From: Bacillota bacterium
Lineage (GTDB): Bacteria; Bacillota_I; Bacilli_A; RF39; UBA660
DNA length: 64,000 nucleotides
NCBI GenBank assembly: GCA_023391185.1
Contig: JAEWBI010000045.1
Coordinates: forward strand, 786-64,785
Reading direction: 5' to 3'
Under the pieces are notes generated by a model. That model was not told where the DNA came from. It saw only the letters and a program-made list of their open reading frames with translations, and ran no database searches. This document shows, one piece after another, positions 39,639 to 49,001 of this stretch (its first letter is position 1; each line of letters opens with the position of its first letter). The position numbers and the translations under genes are program-made.

Positions 39639-41813
39639 ATGAGAAAAGATAAACCAAATTTAACATTTGAAGAATTAAGAGATAAATTATGTACTTATAT
39701 GACTGAAGAAAGCGATTTAGATTTAGTTAGAAGTGCATATATGTTTGCTTTTGAAAAACATTTTGGTATAAAGCGCTTAACGGGTGAAGATTATATAGTT
39801 CATCCTCTTAATGTTGCCTATATTTTGACTGAAATATACGCCGATGCTCCAACAATATGTGCTGCTCTTTTACATGATGTAGTAGAAGACTGTGATGTTA
39901 CAAAGGACGAGATTGAAGAAAAGTATGGTTCTGAAATAGCTCTTCTTGTTGATGGCGTAACTAAGATAAATAGACTTAATTTTAATGGTGATAATGAAGC
40001 TATGATAGCAAATCATCGTAAGATAATTGTAGGTCTTTCTGAAGATGTTCGTGTTATTATAATAAAACTTGCTGATAGACTTCATAATATGCGAACACTA
40101 TGGGTATTACCTGAAAAGAAACAAAAATTAAAAGCTAAAGAGACATTAGAAATATTAACTCCTATTGCGCATAGACTAGGTATTGGTAGTATAAAAAGTG
40201 AACTTGAGGATTTATCTCTTCGCTACTATAAACCAGATGTTTATTTTGAAATAGTAGAAAAGCTTAATCAGTCAAAGACTGAGAGAGATGGATTAGTTGA
40301 AAGTATGATGAGTAGTGTTTCTGATTCTTTAAATGAACATGGTATTAAACACGAAATAAAGGGAAGAGCTAAAAGTATATATAGTATCTTTAAAAAACTT
40401 GATAAAGGTAAAAAATTTAGTGATATATATGATTTGCTGGCTCTTAGAGTCTTTGTTGAATCAGAGGCAGAGTGTTATCAAGCGCTTGGAATAATTCACT
40501 CTAAATATAGACCTATACCAAAGAGATTTAAAGATTATGTAGCTATGCCAAAAACAAATATGTATCAATCACTTCACACTACTGTATTTGGTGAAGGTGG
40601 ACAATTATATGAAATTCAAATAAGAACATATGTAATGGATCAAATAGCGGAACTTGGTATTGCTTCACACTGGTCTTATAAAGAAAAAGGTTCTAATGTT
40701 AGGGCTAATATGCAAAATGCTATGGAACAAAAATTACAGTTCTTTAGAAATATAATGGATCTTAAAAACGAAGAAGCTAATGATGCTGAATTTGTTCAAG
40801 CAGTTAGTGAAGACATATTAAAAGAAAATATATATGTATTTACTCCAAAAGGAGATGTTATTGAACTTCCAGATGGGGCAACTCCTATTGATTTTGCTTA
40901 TCGTGTACATAGTGGTGTTGGAGATAAAATGGTAGGAGCTATTGTTAATAATAATATAGTTCCACTTGATTATAAACTAAAAGATAATGACATAATAAAA
41001 ATAAACACTAATAAAAATAGTGCAGGTCCATCTAGAGAATGGATTAATATGGCCTATACTTCACAAGCGAAAAACAAGATAAAAGCATTCTTTAATAAAA
41101 TAGATAAAGAAGGTTATCTAAAGAAGGGTGAAGAAATATTAAAAGAAGACTTCCGTAAAAAGAAGATAGTCTTTAATGATTTCTTATCTCCTGAAAACAT
41201 AGATAAAATATTAAAGGAATTAAAGTTTTCTGGTATTGAAGAATTATATATTAATATAGGCAATGGTAAAGTTACTTCAACGAATATTATAAATATTGTA
41301 AATGGTGATAATGTAAGTAAGGCTGATTTAATTTTAAAGAAAGCAACAACAACTACTGAAATAATTTTACCTACAATAAAAAACGATATTTTAGTAGAAG
41401 GAATAGATGAAATTAAAGTAAATGTTGCATCTTGTTGTAAACCAATTCCAGGTGATCGTATTATTGGCTACATAACTAAAGGAAATGGCATAACTGTTCA
41501 TAGGGCAGTATGTCCTAATGTTAGTGAACTTGAAGAAAGATTAATTGATGTTAAATGGAATGATCAAAGTACTAAAAAATATCCTACTGCTTTACTCGTA
41601 AGAGCCGATAATAATAAAAATGTTCTTTTAGATATTATTTCAAAAACATCTAATTCTGACATAACTGTACAAAGTATTAATTCTATGAATTCCAAAGAAG
41701 GATTTATATTTGAAATAACAATATTAGTTGAATCAAAGGAAAAACTTATGAAGTTTATGAATGATTTACTTATTATTCCTAGTGTTGGAGATGTCGAAAG
41801 GATTATTAAATAA
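39639..41813 (+). CDS. relA: bifunctional (p)ppGpp synthetase/hydrolase Rel
   Basis: HD domain (HPLNVAYIL...HDVVED), synthetase domain (YRPIPKRFKDYVAMPKTNMYQSLHTT), and TGS and ACT domains. Confidence 0.92.
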   Translation: MRKDKPNLTFEELRDKLCTYMTEESDLDLVRSAYMFAFEKHFGIKRLTGEDYIVHPLNVAYILTEIYADAPTICAALLHDVVEDCDVTKDEIEEKYGSEIALLVDGVTKINRLNFNGDNEAMIANHRKIIVGLSEDVRVIIIKLADRLHNMRTLWVLPEKKQKLKAKETLEILTPIAHRLGIGSIKSELEDLSLRYYKPDVYFEIVEKLNQSKTERDGLVESMMSSVSDSLNEHGIKHEIKGRAKSIYSIFKKLDKGKKFSDIYDLLALRVFVESEAECYQALGIIHSKYRPIPKRFKDYVAMPKTNMYQSLHTTVFGEGGQLYEIQIRTYVMDQIAELGIASHWSYKEKGSNVRANMQNAMEQKLQFFRNIMDLKNEEANDAEFVQAVSEDILKENIYVFTPKGDVIELPDGATPIDFAYRVHSGVGDKMVGAIVNNNIVPLDYKLKDNDIIKINTNKNSAGPSREWINMAYTSQAKNKIKAFFNKIDKEGYLKKGEEILKEDFRKKKIVFNDFLSPENIDKILKELKFSGIEELYINIGNGKVTSTNIINIVNGDNVSKADLILKKATTTTEIILPTIKNDILVEGIDEIKVNVASCCKPIPGDRIIGYITKGNGITVHRAVCPNVSELEERLIDVKWNDQSTKKYPTALLVRADNNKNVLLDIISKTSNSDITVQSINSMNSKEGFIFEITILVESKEKLMKFMNDLLIIPSVGDVERIIK

Positions 41814-42256
41814 TGCGTTTAGTTATTCAAAGAAGCAAAGAAGCAAGTGTTACAGTTAGTAATAAAGTAGTAGGACAAATAAATGAGGGTCTTGTTATAC
41901 TTGTTGGTTTTACTGATGGAGATAATGAGAAAATAATTGATAAAATGATTAGTAAGGTCATTAACTTAAGAATCTTTGATGATGAAAATGGTATCATGAA
42001 TAGGTCATTACTGGATGTCGGAGCTTCTATTCTTAGTGTTTCACAGTTTACATTGTATGCTGATACTAGAAAAGGCCGTAGGCCTAGTTATATTAAAGCC
42101 TTAAGAGGCGAAGAAGCGATAATTTTATATGATAAATGGAATGAAAATTTAAGAAAGACTGGTATAAATATTGAGACAGGGATATTTGGTGCTGATATGA
42201 AAGTAGCATTAATTAATGATGGTCCTATAACAATATTTATGGATAGTGAGGAATAA
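41813..42256 (+). CDS. dtd: D-aminoacyl-tRNA deacylase
   Basis: MRLVIQR...SQFTLYAD...GRRPS...NDGPIT. Overlaps the relA stop by 1 nt. Confidence 0.92.
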   Translation: MRLVIQRSKEASVTVSNKVVGQINEGLVILVGFTDGDNEKIIDKMISKVINLRIFDDENGIMNRSLLDVGASILSVSQFTLYADTRKGRRPSYIKALRGEEAIILYDKWNENLRKTGINIETGIFGADMKVALINDGPITIFMDSEE

Positions 42257-42257
42257 T

Positions 42258-43319
42258 ATGATTAAAAATAGATTAGATTTTAAGCTTATTAATACTGCTA
42301 TTATTGTATTAATAATAGGACTTATGTATCAAAGTGGCGGATTATGGAGTTTAGTTATAGACAAAATACTTAAAGTCCTTTTTCCGTTCTTACTAGCTTT
42401 TGCTTTAGCATATGCTTTATATCCATTTACATTAAAACTAAGGAAATATAATATTCCAAAGGGATTTAGTATTCTTATTGTTCTATTTGTATTTTTTGGT
42501 ATATTTGTTCTAATTGGAACATTGGCTTTACCATTATTATTTGAACAATTAGGAAATTTATTTAATGGTATTATTGCTTTTATTAGAGATATATCATTAA
42601 AATATGATTTAGATTTTGGACCACTTCAAGAAACTCTTTCTAATTCATTTGATGATATTATTAAAAACTTCGGCAAGTATATTAGTGATGGGGCTATTTC
42701 AATTATATCTACTAGCCTAAGTTATCTTGGTACTTTTATAGTAATACTTGCATCTTCTATATATTTACTAGTTGATATGGATAGAATTAGAAAAGCAATT
42801 AAGAGACACTATAAGAGAAAAGGTAGAAAAACATATAATTATGTAATTGCACTTGATAACGCTATGAAGGGATATATGGATGGTTTTACTAAGATAGTAT
42901 TAATAACAGTACTTGAGTATACTTTTGCTTTTACCGTTATAGGTCATCCAGATGCAGTACTTTTAGGATGTCTTGCTGCACTTGGTAATTTAATTCCATA
43001 TTTTGGTGGTATTGCAACAAATTTAGTCGCACTTATTACTGCATTTGTTGTTGGGCCTTCATTATTTGTAAAAGCTTTAATAGTGTTTGCTATACTATCA
43101 TTAGTTGATAGTTATATAATTAATCCATTTGTATATGGAAAGTCTACTGAGGCTTCACCAATAATAGTTATATTTTCTGTTTTTGCAGGAGGTATATTAT
43201 TTGGATTAATAGGTATTATTATTTCTTTGCCAGTAGCAATAATTATGATTACAACATATAATTATTATAAAAGTGATATAACAGAGAAAATAGAAGAATT
43301 AAAAGAAGAAAATAATTAA
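42258..43319 (+). CDS. AI-2E family transporter (PerM/YdiK-like)
   Basis: Eight TM helices with a central soluble insert. NLIPYFGG motif. Confidence 0.8.
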   Translation: MIKNRLDFKLINTAIIVLIIGLMYQSGGLWSLVIDKILKVLFPFLLAFALAYALYPFTLKLRKYNIPKGFSILIVLFVFFGIFVLIGTLALPLLFEQLGNLFNGIIAFIRDISLKYDLDFGPLQETLSNSFDDIIKNFGKYISDGAISIISTSLSYLGTFIVILASSIYLLVDMDRIRKAIKRHYKRKGRKTYNYVIALDNAMKGYMDGFTKIVLITVLEYTFAFTVIGHPDAVLLGCLAALGNLIPYFGGIATNLVALITAFVVGPSLFVKALIVFAILSLVDSYIINPFVYGKSTEASPIIVIFSVFAGGILFGLIGIIISLPVAIIMITTYNYYKSDITEKIEELKEENN

Positions 43320-43469
43320 TATTTTCTTTTTTTGTCATAATAATATTTTTCCGATAATATTAATTAGTACAATAATATAGATATTGTATTGTTTTTCCAA
43401 AAAAGTGAATTTATGTTATTGACTAATTATCTAAATTAATCTATACTGTTTTGTAATAGCAATATTATT

Positions 43470-43658
43470 TTCATAGACGAGTACTTATAAACTATGTTCT
43501 AGAGAAAATGTGGATGGTGTAAACATAACTATGTTTATAATGAAAGACACTATGAAGTAAGGTAATCGTAATTCTGCGTTAAAGAATTAGAGGTAGATTA
43601 AAGTCTATAAAACAAGGTGGTACAGCGTGCATCACGCCCTTGTATTTATAGACTTTTT
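43470..43658 (+). promoter_or_regulatory. T-box riboswitch leader, specifier GAC (Asp), copy 1
   Basis: Promoter TTGACT(43419)-17-TATACT(43442). Stem I TTCATAG/CTATGAA. Specifier loop AGTA // TGAAAGACA. AGAGA at 43501. F-box GCGTTA. T-box core AACAAGGTGGTACAGCGTG at 43611-43629. U-tract at 43654-43658. Confidence 0.85.
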
Positions 43659-43683
43659 GCGTATTTATAGGAGGTTTTTGAAT

Positions 43684-46044
43684 ATGGCAAGCGTTGAAAA
43701 GAATGATCTAACTTATTTTGGTGTACTAATGAATAGAAAGCTTATTAGTACTGGAATTTATCTATTTAAGCCTGAGTATTTAATTGAGGGAACAATTTCG
43801 GAAGAAGATAAGAATGTTTATTTTACAGATACATTAGAAAATGAATATTTAACAATTCATGATACTGAAACTTTGTCTATTGATGAGGAAACAGCTGTTG
43901 GATATATCATATCTGATGAAGAATTAACAAAAAAATATCCAGATTTATCCATTCCAGAAGCAAAGGTTGCTTACTTTGATCAAGTTCGTGATATGGCCCA
44001 TTTAGGTTTTTATGTGTATGATGAAGATTTAATTGCCGTAATGCCAATAGATTTATTAACTATGTCTCAGACAATTAATAGTATGAAAAAAAATCCAGAT
44101 TCTAACATAATTAAAGTACCAAGCAGTACTTTTATGCAACCGGATATGAGTGGTTTTGATGATACAAAAGATAATCCAACAAATTTAGAAGAACTTAAAG
44201 AAAGTGATTTTGTTGTCATTAGTATTGACTTGTTTAAAGATATATTTGAAGCGAAAACTTTTGAAGAAATGAAAGAAAAACTTAATGTAATAAAAGGTGC
44301 ATACGATAGTATGAATTCATTATTAGTTGATGAAAATGGTAATATTGAAACACCAAAAAATCTTAATGTTGAACAATTTTTTGAAAGAAAAGTTACTGGC
44401 AAGCACATAATTGATTTATTTAATGCTAGTCATGATGCTTTACTCGCAATTGATGATATTGAACAATTAAAAGAAACAATAAAACAAATTGTTGATGTTT
44501 ATACTGATTTAAGTTATGTTCTTGATGGCAAGGAAAATCTAGGATCACATGTTGATCTAGCGCAAGACTATTTATATTCACTAATTGATGAATATGAAGA
44601 ACTATTAACAATTGACGATTTAACTATAATCAAAAACAAAACAACAGAAATTTTAAATAAACAATTTAAAAATATTAGTGCCATATCTAACACATATGAT
44701 GAGTTATCAAAGAAAAATGAGTTAGCTGAAGTGAAAATAGAACATGAAGAGAAACAAGAAGAATTAGAAAGTGCCTTTAATAAAAAAAGTATAACTAACT
44801 CAAGATTTAATTATGTAAATGTATATAATCAAATGATTGAAAGAATAATAGGGAGAGATAAACAAATAGGTAATATTCTTACCGCTATAGATAAAATGGA
44901 TGCATCTGTAGGAACAAATAAAAAGTATTCAGTTTTAATAGCTGGCACAACAGGTACAGGTAAAACACAAACATTTAATGAACTTAAAAAAGCAATGCCT
45001 GACAGACCTATTGTTATAGTAGATACAAATCAGTTAACACAAGAAGGTTATATTGGTGGTAAGATAGAAAAGAATATTTTAGGTGCATTACTTATGGAAG
45101 CACACAATATAAATAATAAAGGTAAAAAGGATAATGGAACAATAACACCAGCAGATTTAGAACTTGCAGAGACTGGAATTGTTGTTCTTGATGAAATAGA
45201 TAAAAGAGCTGAAAAAGGTGGAGGATCTAAAGATAATGTCAACTGCGGTGCAGTAGTAGATCAATTACTTAAATTTATGGATGGAACTACTTATACTGCT
45301 GAAGTAGGAAAACAAGCAATTCCATTTGATACTTCTAAAGTTGGTGTTATGGCAAGTGGTGCTTTCCAAGAATATTTTGATGAGAAAGAAAAAGGGGAAA
45401 AGCGCTTAGGTTTTGCTAGTGGATCAAAAAATGATGAAGATGAATTTAAAAAATATTCTGAAGTTAAGCCTGAAGATTTGGTTAAATATGGACTAGATAA
45501 TCAGTTTATAGGTAGATTTCAATCTGTTATATTATATCCTCCTCACACTTTAGAATCACTTATAGAACTTGAAACAACACAGGCTACTTCAAATATTGAA
45601 GTAGAAAAAATTTACTTTAATTCTAAAGGACTAGAACTTGTTTGTGATGATGAATTTATTGAAACAGCTGCAGCAGCTGCGATTAAACTTAAAACTGGTG
45701 GCCGTGGTCTTAGCAATATAATTTCAAGATGTTTATCAAATGTTGGTGATGAAATTAATAGAAATCCTAATACTTATAAGATTTTATATTTACCAAAAGA
45801 AGCAGTAGATGATCCAGGCAAAGTTATGCTTCTTAAAAAAACAGGTGGTCATATTTTAATGGAAGAAGTTTTTAGAAGAAATATAGAAGAAGGTAAAGGA
45901 ACGAGAAAGTTAAAGAGAATTAGTTTTAATAAGGATGCTTTAAACGAAGTTATGAAGTATAAAAACACTTTATGTAAAAATGAAAGTGTAGGTATGGAGA
46001 TATCTCATGATAATCAGAAACTAAAACAGATGGGTAAGAATTAA
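43684..46044 (+). CDS. ClpX-like AAA+ ATPase with a ~400-aa N-terminal region of unknown fold
   Basis: SD AGGAGG 8 nt before ATG 43684 (the track start 43627 falls inside the leader). Colinear with ClpX: GTTGTGKT, TQEGYIGG (pore-1 GYVG), VVLDEIDK, DTSKV..ASGAF, RLGFAS (IGF loop), PEDLVKYGL..QFIGRF, TGGRGL. Confidence 0.8.
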   Translation: MASVEKNDLTYFGVLMNRKLISTGIYLFKPEYLIEGTISEEDKNVYFTDTLENEYLTIHDTETLSIDEETAVGYIISDEELTKKYPDLSIPEAKVAYFDQVRDMAHLGFYVYDEDLIAVMPIDLLTMSQTINSMKKNPDSNIIKVPSSTFMQPDMSGFDDTKDNPTNLEELKESDFVVISIDLFKDIFEAKTFEEMKEKLNVIKGAYDSMNSLLVDENGNIETPKNLNVEQFFERKVTGKHIIDLFNASHDALLAIDDIEQLKETIKQIVDVYTDLSYVLDGKENLGSHVDLAQDYLYSLIDEYEELLTIDDLTIIKNKTTEILNKQFKNISAISNTYDELSKKNELAEVKIEHEEKQEELESAFNKKSITNSRFNYVNVYNQMIERIIGRDKQIGNILTAIDKMDASVGTNKKYSVLIAGTTGTGKTQTFNELKKAMPDRPIVIVDTNQLTQEGYIGGKIEKNILGALLMEAHNINNKGKKDNGTITPADLELAETGIVVLDEIDKRAEKGGGSKDNVNCGAVVDQLLKFMDGTTYTAEVGKQAIPFDTSKVGVMASGAFQEYFDEKEKGEKRLGFASGSKNDEDEFKKYSEVKPEDLVKYGLDNQFIGRFQSVILYPPHTLESLIELETTQATSNIEVEKIYFNSKGLELVCDDEFIETAAAAAIKLKTGGRGLSNIISRCLSNVGDEINRNPNTYKILYLPKEAVDDPGKVMLLKKTGGHILMEEVFRRNIEEGKGTRKLKRISFNKDALNEVMKYKNTLCKNESVGMEISHDNQKLKQMGKN

Positions 46045-46096
46045 AAAGATATTGACTATTTTTAAAATAAACCTTATAATTAATTAGTAATTATTG

Positions 46097-46284
46097 TTTT
46101 AGATTAGTAATTATATTAACTTTGAAGAGAGAATTAACGGTTGGTGAAAGTTAACAAAGCTATATAATGAATGACACTAAAACTAAAGATAATCGTATTT
46201 CTGCGTTAAGGAATTCAAGGTAGATAAAGTCTATAAAGTAAGGTGGCAACACGTGATGTACGTCCTTACATTTATAGACTTTTT
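46097..46284 (+). promoter_or_regulatory. T-box riboswitch leader, specifier GAC (Asp), copy 2 (hisS-aspS)
   Basis: Promoter TTGACT(46052)-17-TATAAT(46075). Stem I TTTTAG/CTAAAA. Specifier loop AGTA // GAATGACA. AGAGA at 46126. GCGTTA. T-box core AGTAAGGTGGCAACACGTG. U-tract. Confidence 0.88.
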
Positions 46285-46309
46285 ATATTAAAAAGGAAGA
46301 AGGTATACT

Positions 46310-47599
46310 ATGATACAAAAACCAAAGGGAACATATGATGTATATGGTGAAAAAGGAAAACAAATATCTTATATTGAAGACTTGTTAAAAGCTTTAATGA
46401 CTAAATATAACTATGAATATTTTAAGACACCTATATTTGAAGCAAGTGAACTATTTCATAGAGGAGTAGGGGAAACAACTGATATTGTAACAAAAGAAAC
46501 TTATGATTTTAAAGATCGTGGTGATAGAGATATGACTTTAAGACCAGAGGGAACTGCTGGGGTAGTAAGAAGTTTTGTTGAAAATAAGATGTATGGTAAT
46601 CCTACAATGCCTGTAAAGGCATGGTATTTTGGTCCGATGTTTAGATATGAAAGACCACAATCTGGTAGATTTAGAGAATTTAACCAATTTGGTGTAGAAG
46701 TATTTGGCAGTGATGATCCAATGACAGATGCTGAAGTTATAAGTATTCCTGTTAATATTTATAAAATGTTAGGTTTAAAAGGAATTAAAGTAAACATTAA
46801 TAGTTTGGGAGATAAAGAGTCTCGTGAGAATTATCGTGAAGCATTAGTAAATCACTTTGCTCCTGTTATTGATACATACTGTGAAGATTGTAAGGAAAGA
46901 TTTAAAAAGAATCCACTTAGAATACTTGATTGTAAAATAGATCACGAAAAATCTGAAATGAAAAGTGCTCCAACTACAATTGATTATTTAAATGAAGTAA
47001 GTAAAAAACATTTTGATAAAGTGAAAGAATGTTTAGATGCATTAGGTATTGATTATGTTGTCAATCCAAGTGTTGTTAGAGGACTTGATTATTATACACA
47101 CACTGTATTTGAAGTAGAAGCATGTATTGAATCTTTTGGTTCTCAAAATGTGCTTTGTGGTGGTGGTAGATATAATGGTTTAATTGAAAACTTAGGTGGC
47201 CCTGAAACAAGTGGTGTAGGTTTTGCTTTAGGCCTTGAACGTTTACTTAATGCACTTGAAGCAGAGGAGATAACTCTTCCATATGATAAAGGATTAGATA
47301 TTTATGTAATACCTATGAGTGAAGAACAAAAAACATATGCTTTTGCTTTAACTCAAACATTAAGAATGTCTGGTTTCAGTGCTGATATAGATTATATGAA
47401 TCGTAAGATAGCGTCTAATTTTAAACAAGCTGATAGATATAACGCAAAATATGTAATTATAATAGGTGAAGAAGAAATTAGTAGTAATATACTTACTATT
47501 AAAAATAATGAAACTAAAGAAGAATATAAAGTTAATTTAGAAGAAATAATAGATTTCTTTGATGAACAAATAGAGGAGGAACATCATGAAGAAGATTAA
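46310..47599 (+). CDS. hisS: histidine--tRNA ligase
   Basis: Class II motifs (LRPEGTAGVVRS, FRYERPQSGRFREFNQ, GGGRYNGL). Confidence 0.93.
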   Translation: MIQKPKGTYDVYGEKGKQISYIEDLLKALMTKYNYEYFKTPIFEASELFHRGVGETTDIVTKETYDFKDRGDRDMTLRPEGTAGVVRSFVENKMYGNPTMPVKAWYFGPMFRYERPQSGRFREFNQFGVEVFGSDDPMTDAEVISIPVNIYKMLGLKGIKVNINSLGDKESRENYREALVNHFAPVIDTYCEDCKERFKKNPLRILDCKIDHEKSEMKSAPTTIDYLNEVSKKHFDKVKECLDALGIDYVVNPSVVRGLDYYTHTVFEVEACIESFGSQNVLCGGGRYNGLIENLGGPETSGVGFALGLERLLNALEAEEITLPYDKGLDIYVIPMSEEQKTYAFALTQTLRMSGFSADIDYMNRKIASNFKQADRYNAKYVIIIGEEEISSNILTIKNNETKEEYKVNLEEIIDFFDEQIEEEHHEED

Positions 47600-48902
47600 A
47601 ATAAATGAGTTAAGTAATAATTTTAATGATGAAGTTATAATTGAAGGTTTTATTGATAACATTAGAGATTTACAATGGGTACAATTTGTTATTTTAAGAG
47701 ACAAAACTGGTAAAGTACAAATTACTATTGAAAAAAGTGAAGAAAAAAATAAAGAAATGGTTGAATTAATTAGTAATTTGACTTTAGAAAGTACTATTAA
47801 AGTAACTGGTAAAGTAATAGAAAATCCAAAAGTTAAGTTAAATGGAATGGAAATTACTCCAACATATATTGAAGTTACTTCTAGTTCTCTTGGAGAACTG
47901 CCAGTTAATATTAAAGATAAGAATGCTTCTGAAATAGATACTAGATTAGATTTTAGATTCTTAGATTTACGTAATGAGTATAACGCTGGTATATTTAAAG
48001 TTCAAAGTGAACTTGTAAAAGCAATGCGTGAATGTTTATATAGTAAAGACTTTACTGAAATTCATACACCTAAATTAATTGGAGCTGCTAGTGAAAGTGG
48101 TTCAGAAGTTTTTGAAGTAAAATACTTTGACCGTAAAGCGTATCTAGCACAATCACCACAATTTTATAAGCAAATGGCTATGTCAGCTGGTTTTGAAAGA
48201 ATATTTGAAGTAGGACCAGTGTTTAGAGCAGAAAATTCAAATACTAATAGACATACAACTGAATTTACTGGCTTCGATCTAGAGTTTAGTTATATTGATT
48301 CTTATGTAGATGTAATGGATCTTGAAGAAGAAATGTTAACTTATATGCTTAAAAAAGTTCATGAAAAATATGGTGATATGATAAAAGAATTATATCAAGT
48401 AGATGTAATTGTCCCAACTAAGAAATTTCCAAGAATAAAACTTGCTGACTTATATAATGAACTTGAGAAAAGATATGGATACAGTGTTCCAGACTCAGCT
48501 CAAACAGATTTAACTACAGAAGCTGAGAAACTAGCATATAAGTATGCTATGGAAGAATTTGATTCTGAATTTATATTTGTTACAGACTATCCAAAAGATA
48601 AGCGTGCATTTTATCATATGCGTAAAGATGGTATACCACAAGGCTTCGACTTAATATGGCGTGGTGTTGAAATCACAACAGGTGCTCAAAGAGAACATCG
48701 CTATGAAATTCTTAAAGAGCAAGCTGCTGAAAAAGGACTAGATAAAGATGTTGAGTTCTATTTAGAATTCTTTAAGTATGGATGTCCTCCACACGGTGGA
48801 TTTGGCCTTGGTGTTGATAGATTAACTATGTTATTATTAAATTTACCTTCTTTAAAAGAAGCAATGTTTATATTTAGAGGACCAAATAGATTAAACCCTT
48901 AA
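47586..48902 (+). CDS. aspS: aspartate--tRNA ligase, short archaeal/eukaryal-type (possibly non-discriminating)
   Basis: 438 aa with no bacterial GAD insertion. FRAENSNTNRHTTEFTGFDLEFSY, GGFGLGVDRL, and a C-terminal F.RGPNRLNP (archaeal AspRS-type ending). Sits behind an Asp-specifier T-box. Confidence 0.8.
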   Translation: MKKIKINELSNNFNDEVIIEGFIDNIRDLQWVQFVILRDKTGKVQITIEKSEEKNKEMVELISNLTLESTIKVTGKVIENPKVKLNGMEITPTYIEVTSSSLGELPVNIKDKNASEIDTRLDFRFLDLRNEYNAGIFKVQSELVKAMRECLYSKDFTEIHTPKLIGAASESGSEVFEVKYFDRKAYLAQSPQFYKQMAMSAGFERIFEVGPVFRAENSNTNRHTTEFTGFDLEFSYIDSYVDVMDLEEEMLTYMLKKVHEKYGDMIKELYQVDVIVPTKKFPRIKLADLYNELEKRYGYSVPDSAQTDLTTEAEKLAYKYAMEEFDSEFIFVTDYPKDKRAFYHMRKDGIPQGFDLIWRGVEITTGAQREHRYEILKEQAAEKGLDKDVEFYLEFFKYGCPPHGGFGLGVDRLTMLLLNLPSLKEAMFIFRGPNRLNP

Positions 48903-48914
48903 TATGCTTATAAA

Positions 48915-48947
48915 AGAATAAAACAAAACAGTTTTATTCTTTTTTTT
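48915..48947 (+). terminator. rho-independent terminator after aspS
   Basis: AGAATAAAAC-AAAACA-GTTTTATTCT followed by T7. Confidence 0.85.
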
Positions 48948-49001
48948 GTCACATTTTATCAAATATGATATACTTATGATAGTAAGAAAGTAGGAGTATT
49001 T

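Noticed and set aside
43627-43683. The track start (GTG 43627) would extend the ClpX-like ORF 19 codons upstream.
   Set aside because: That stretch is the antiterminator and U-tract of the T-box leader. ATG 43684 has a consensus AGGAGG at the right distance.
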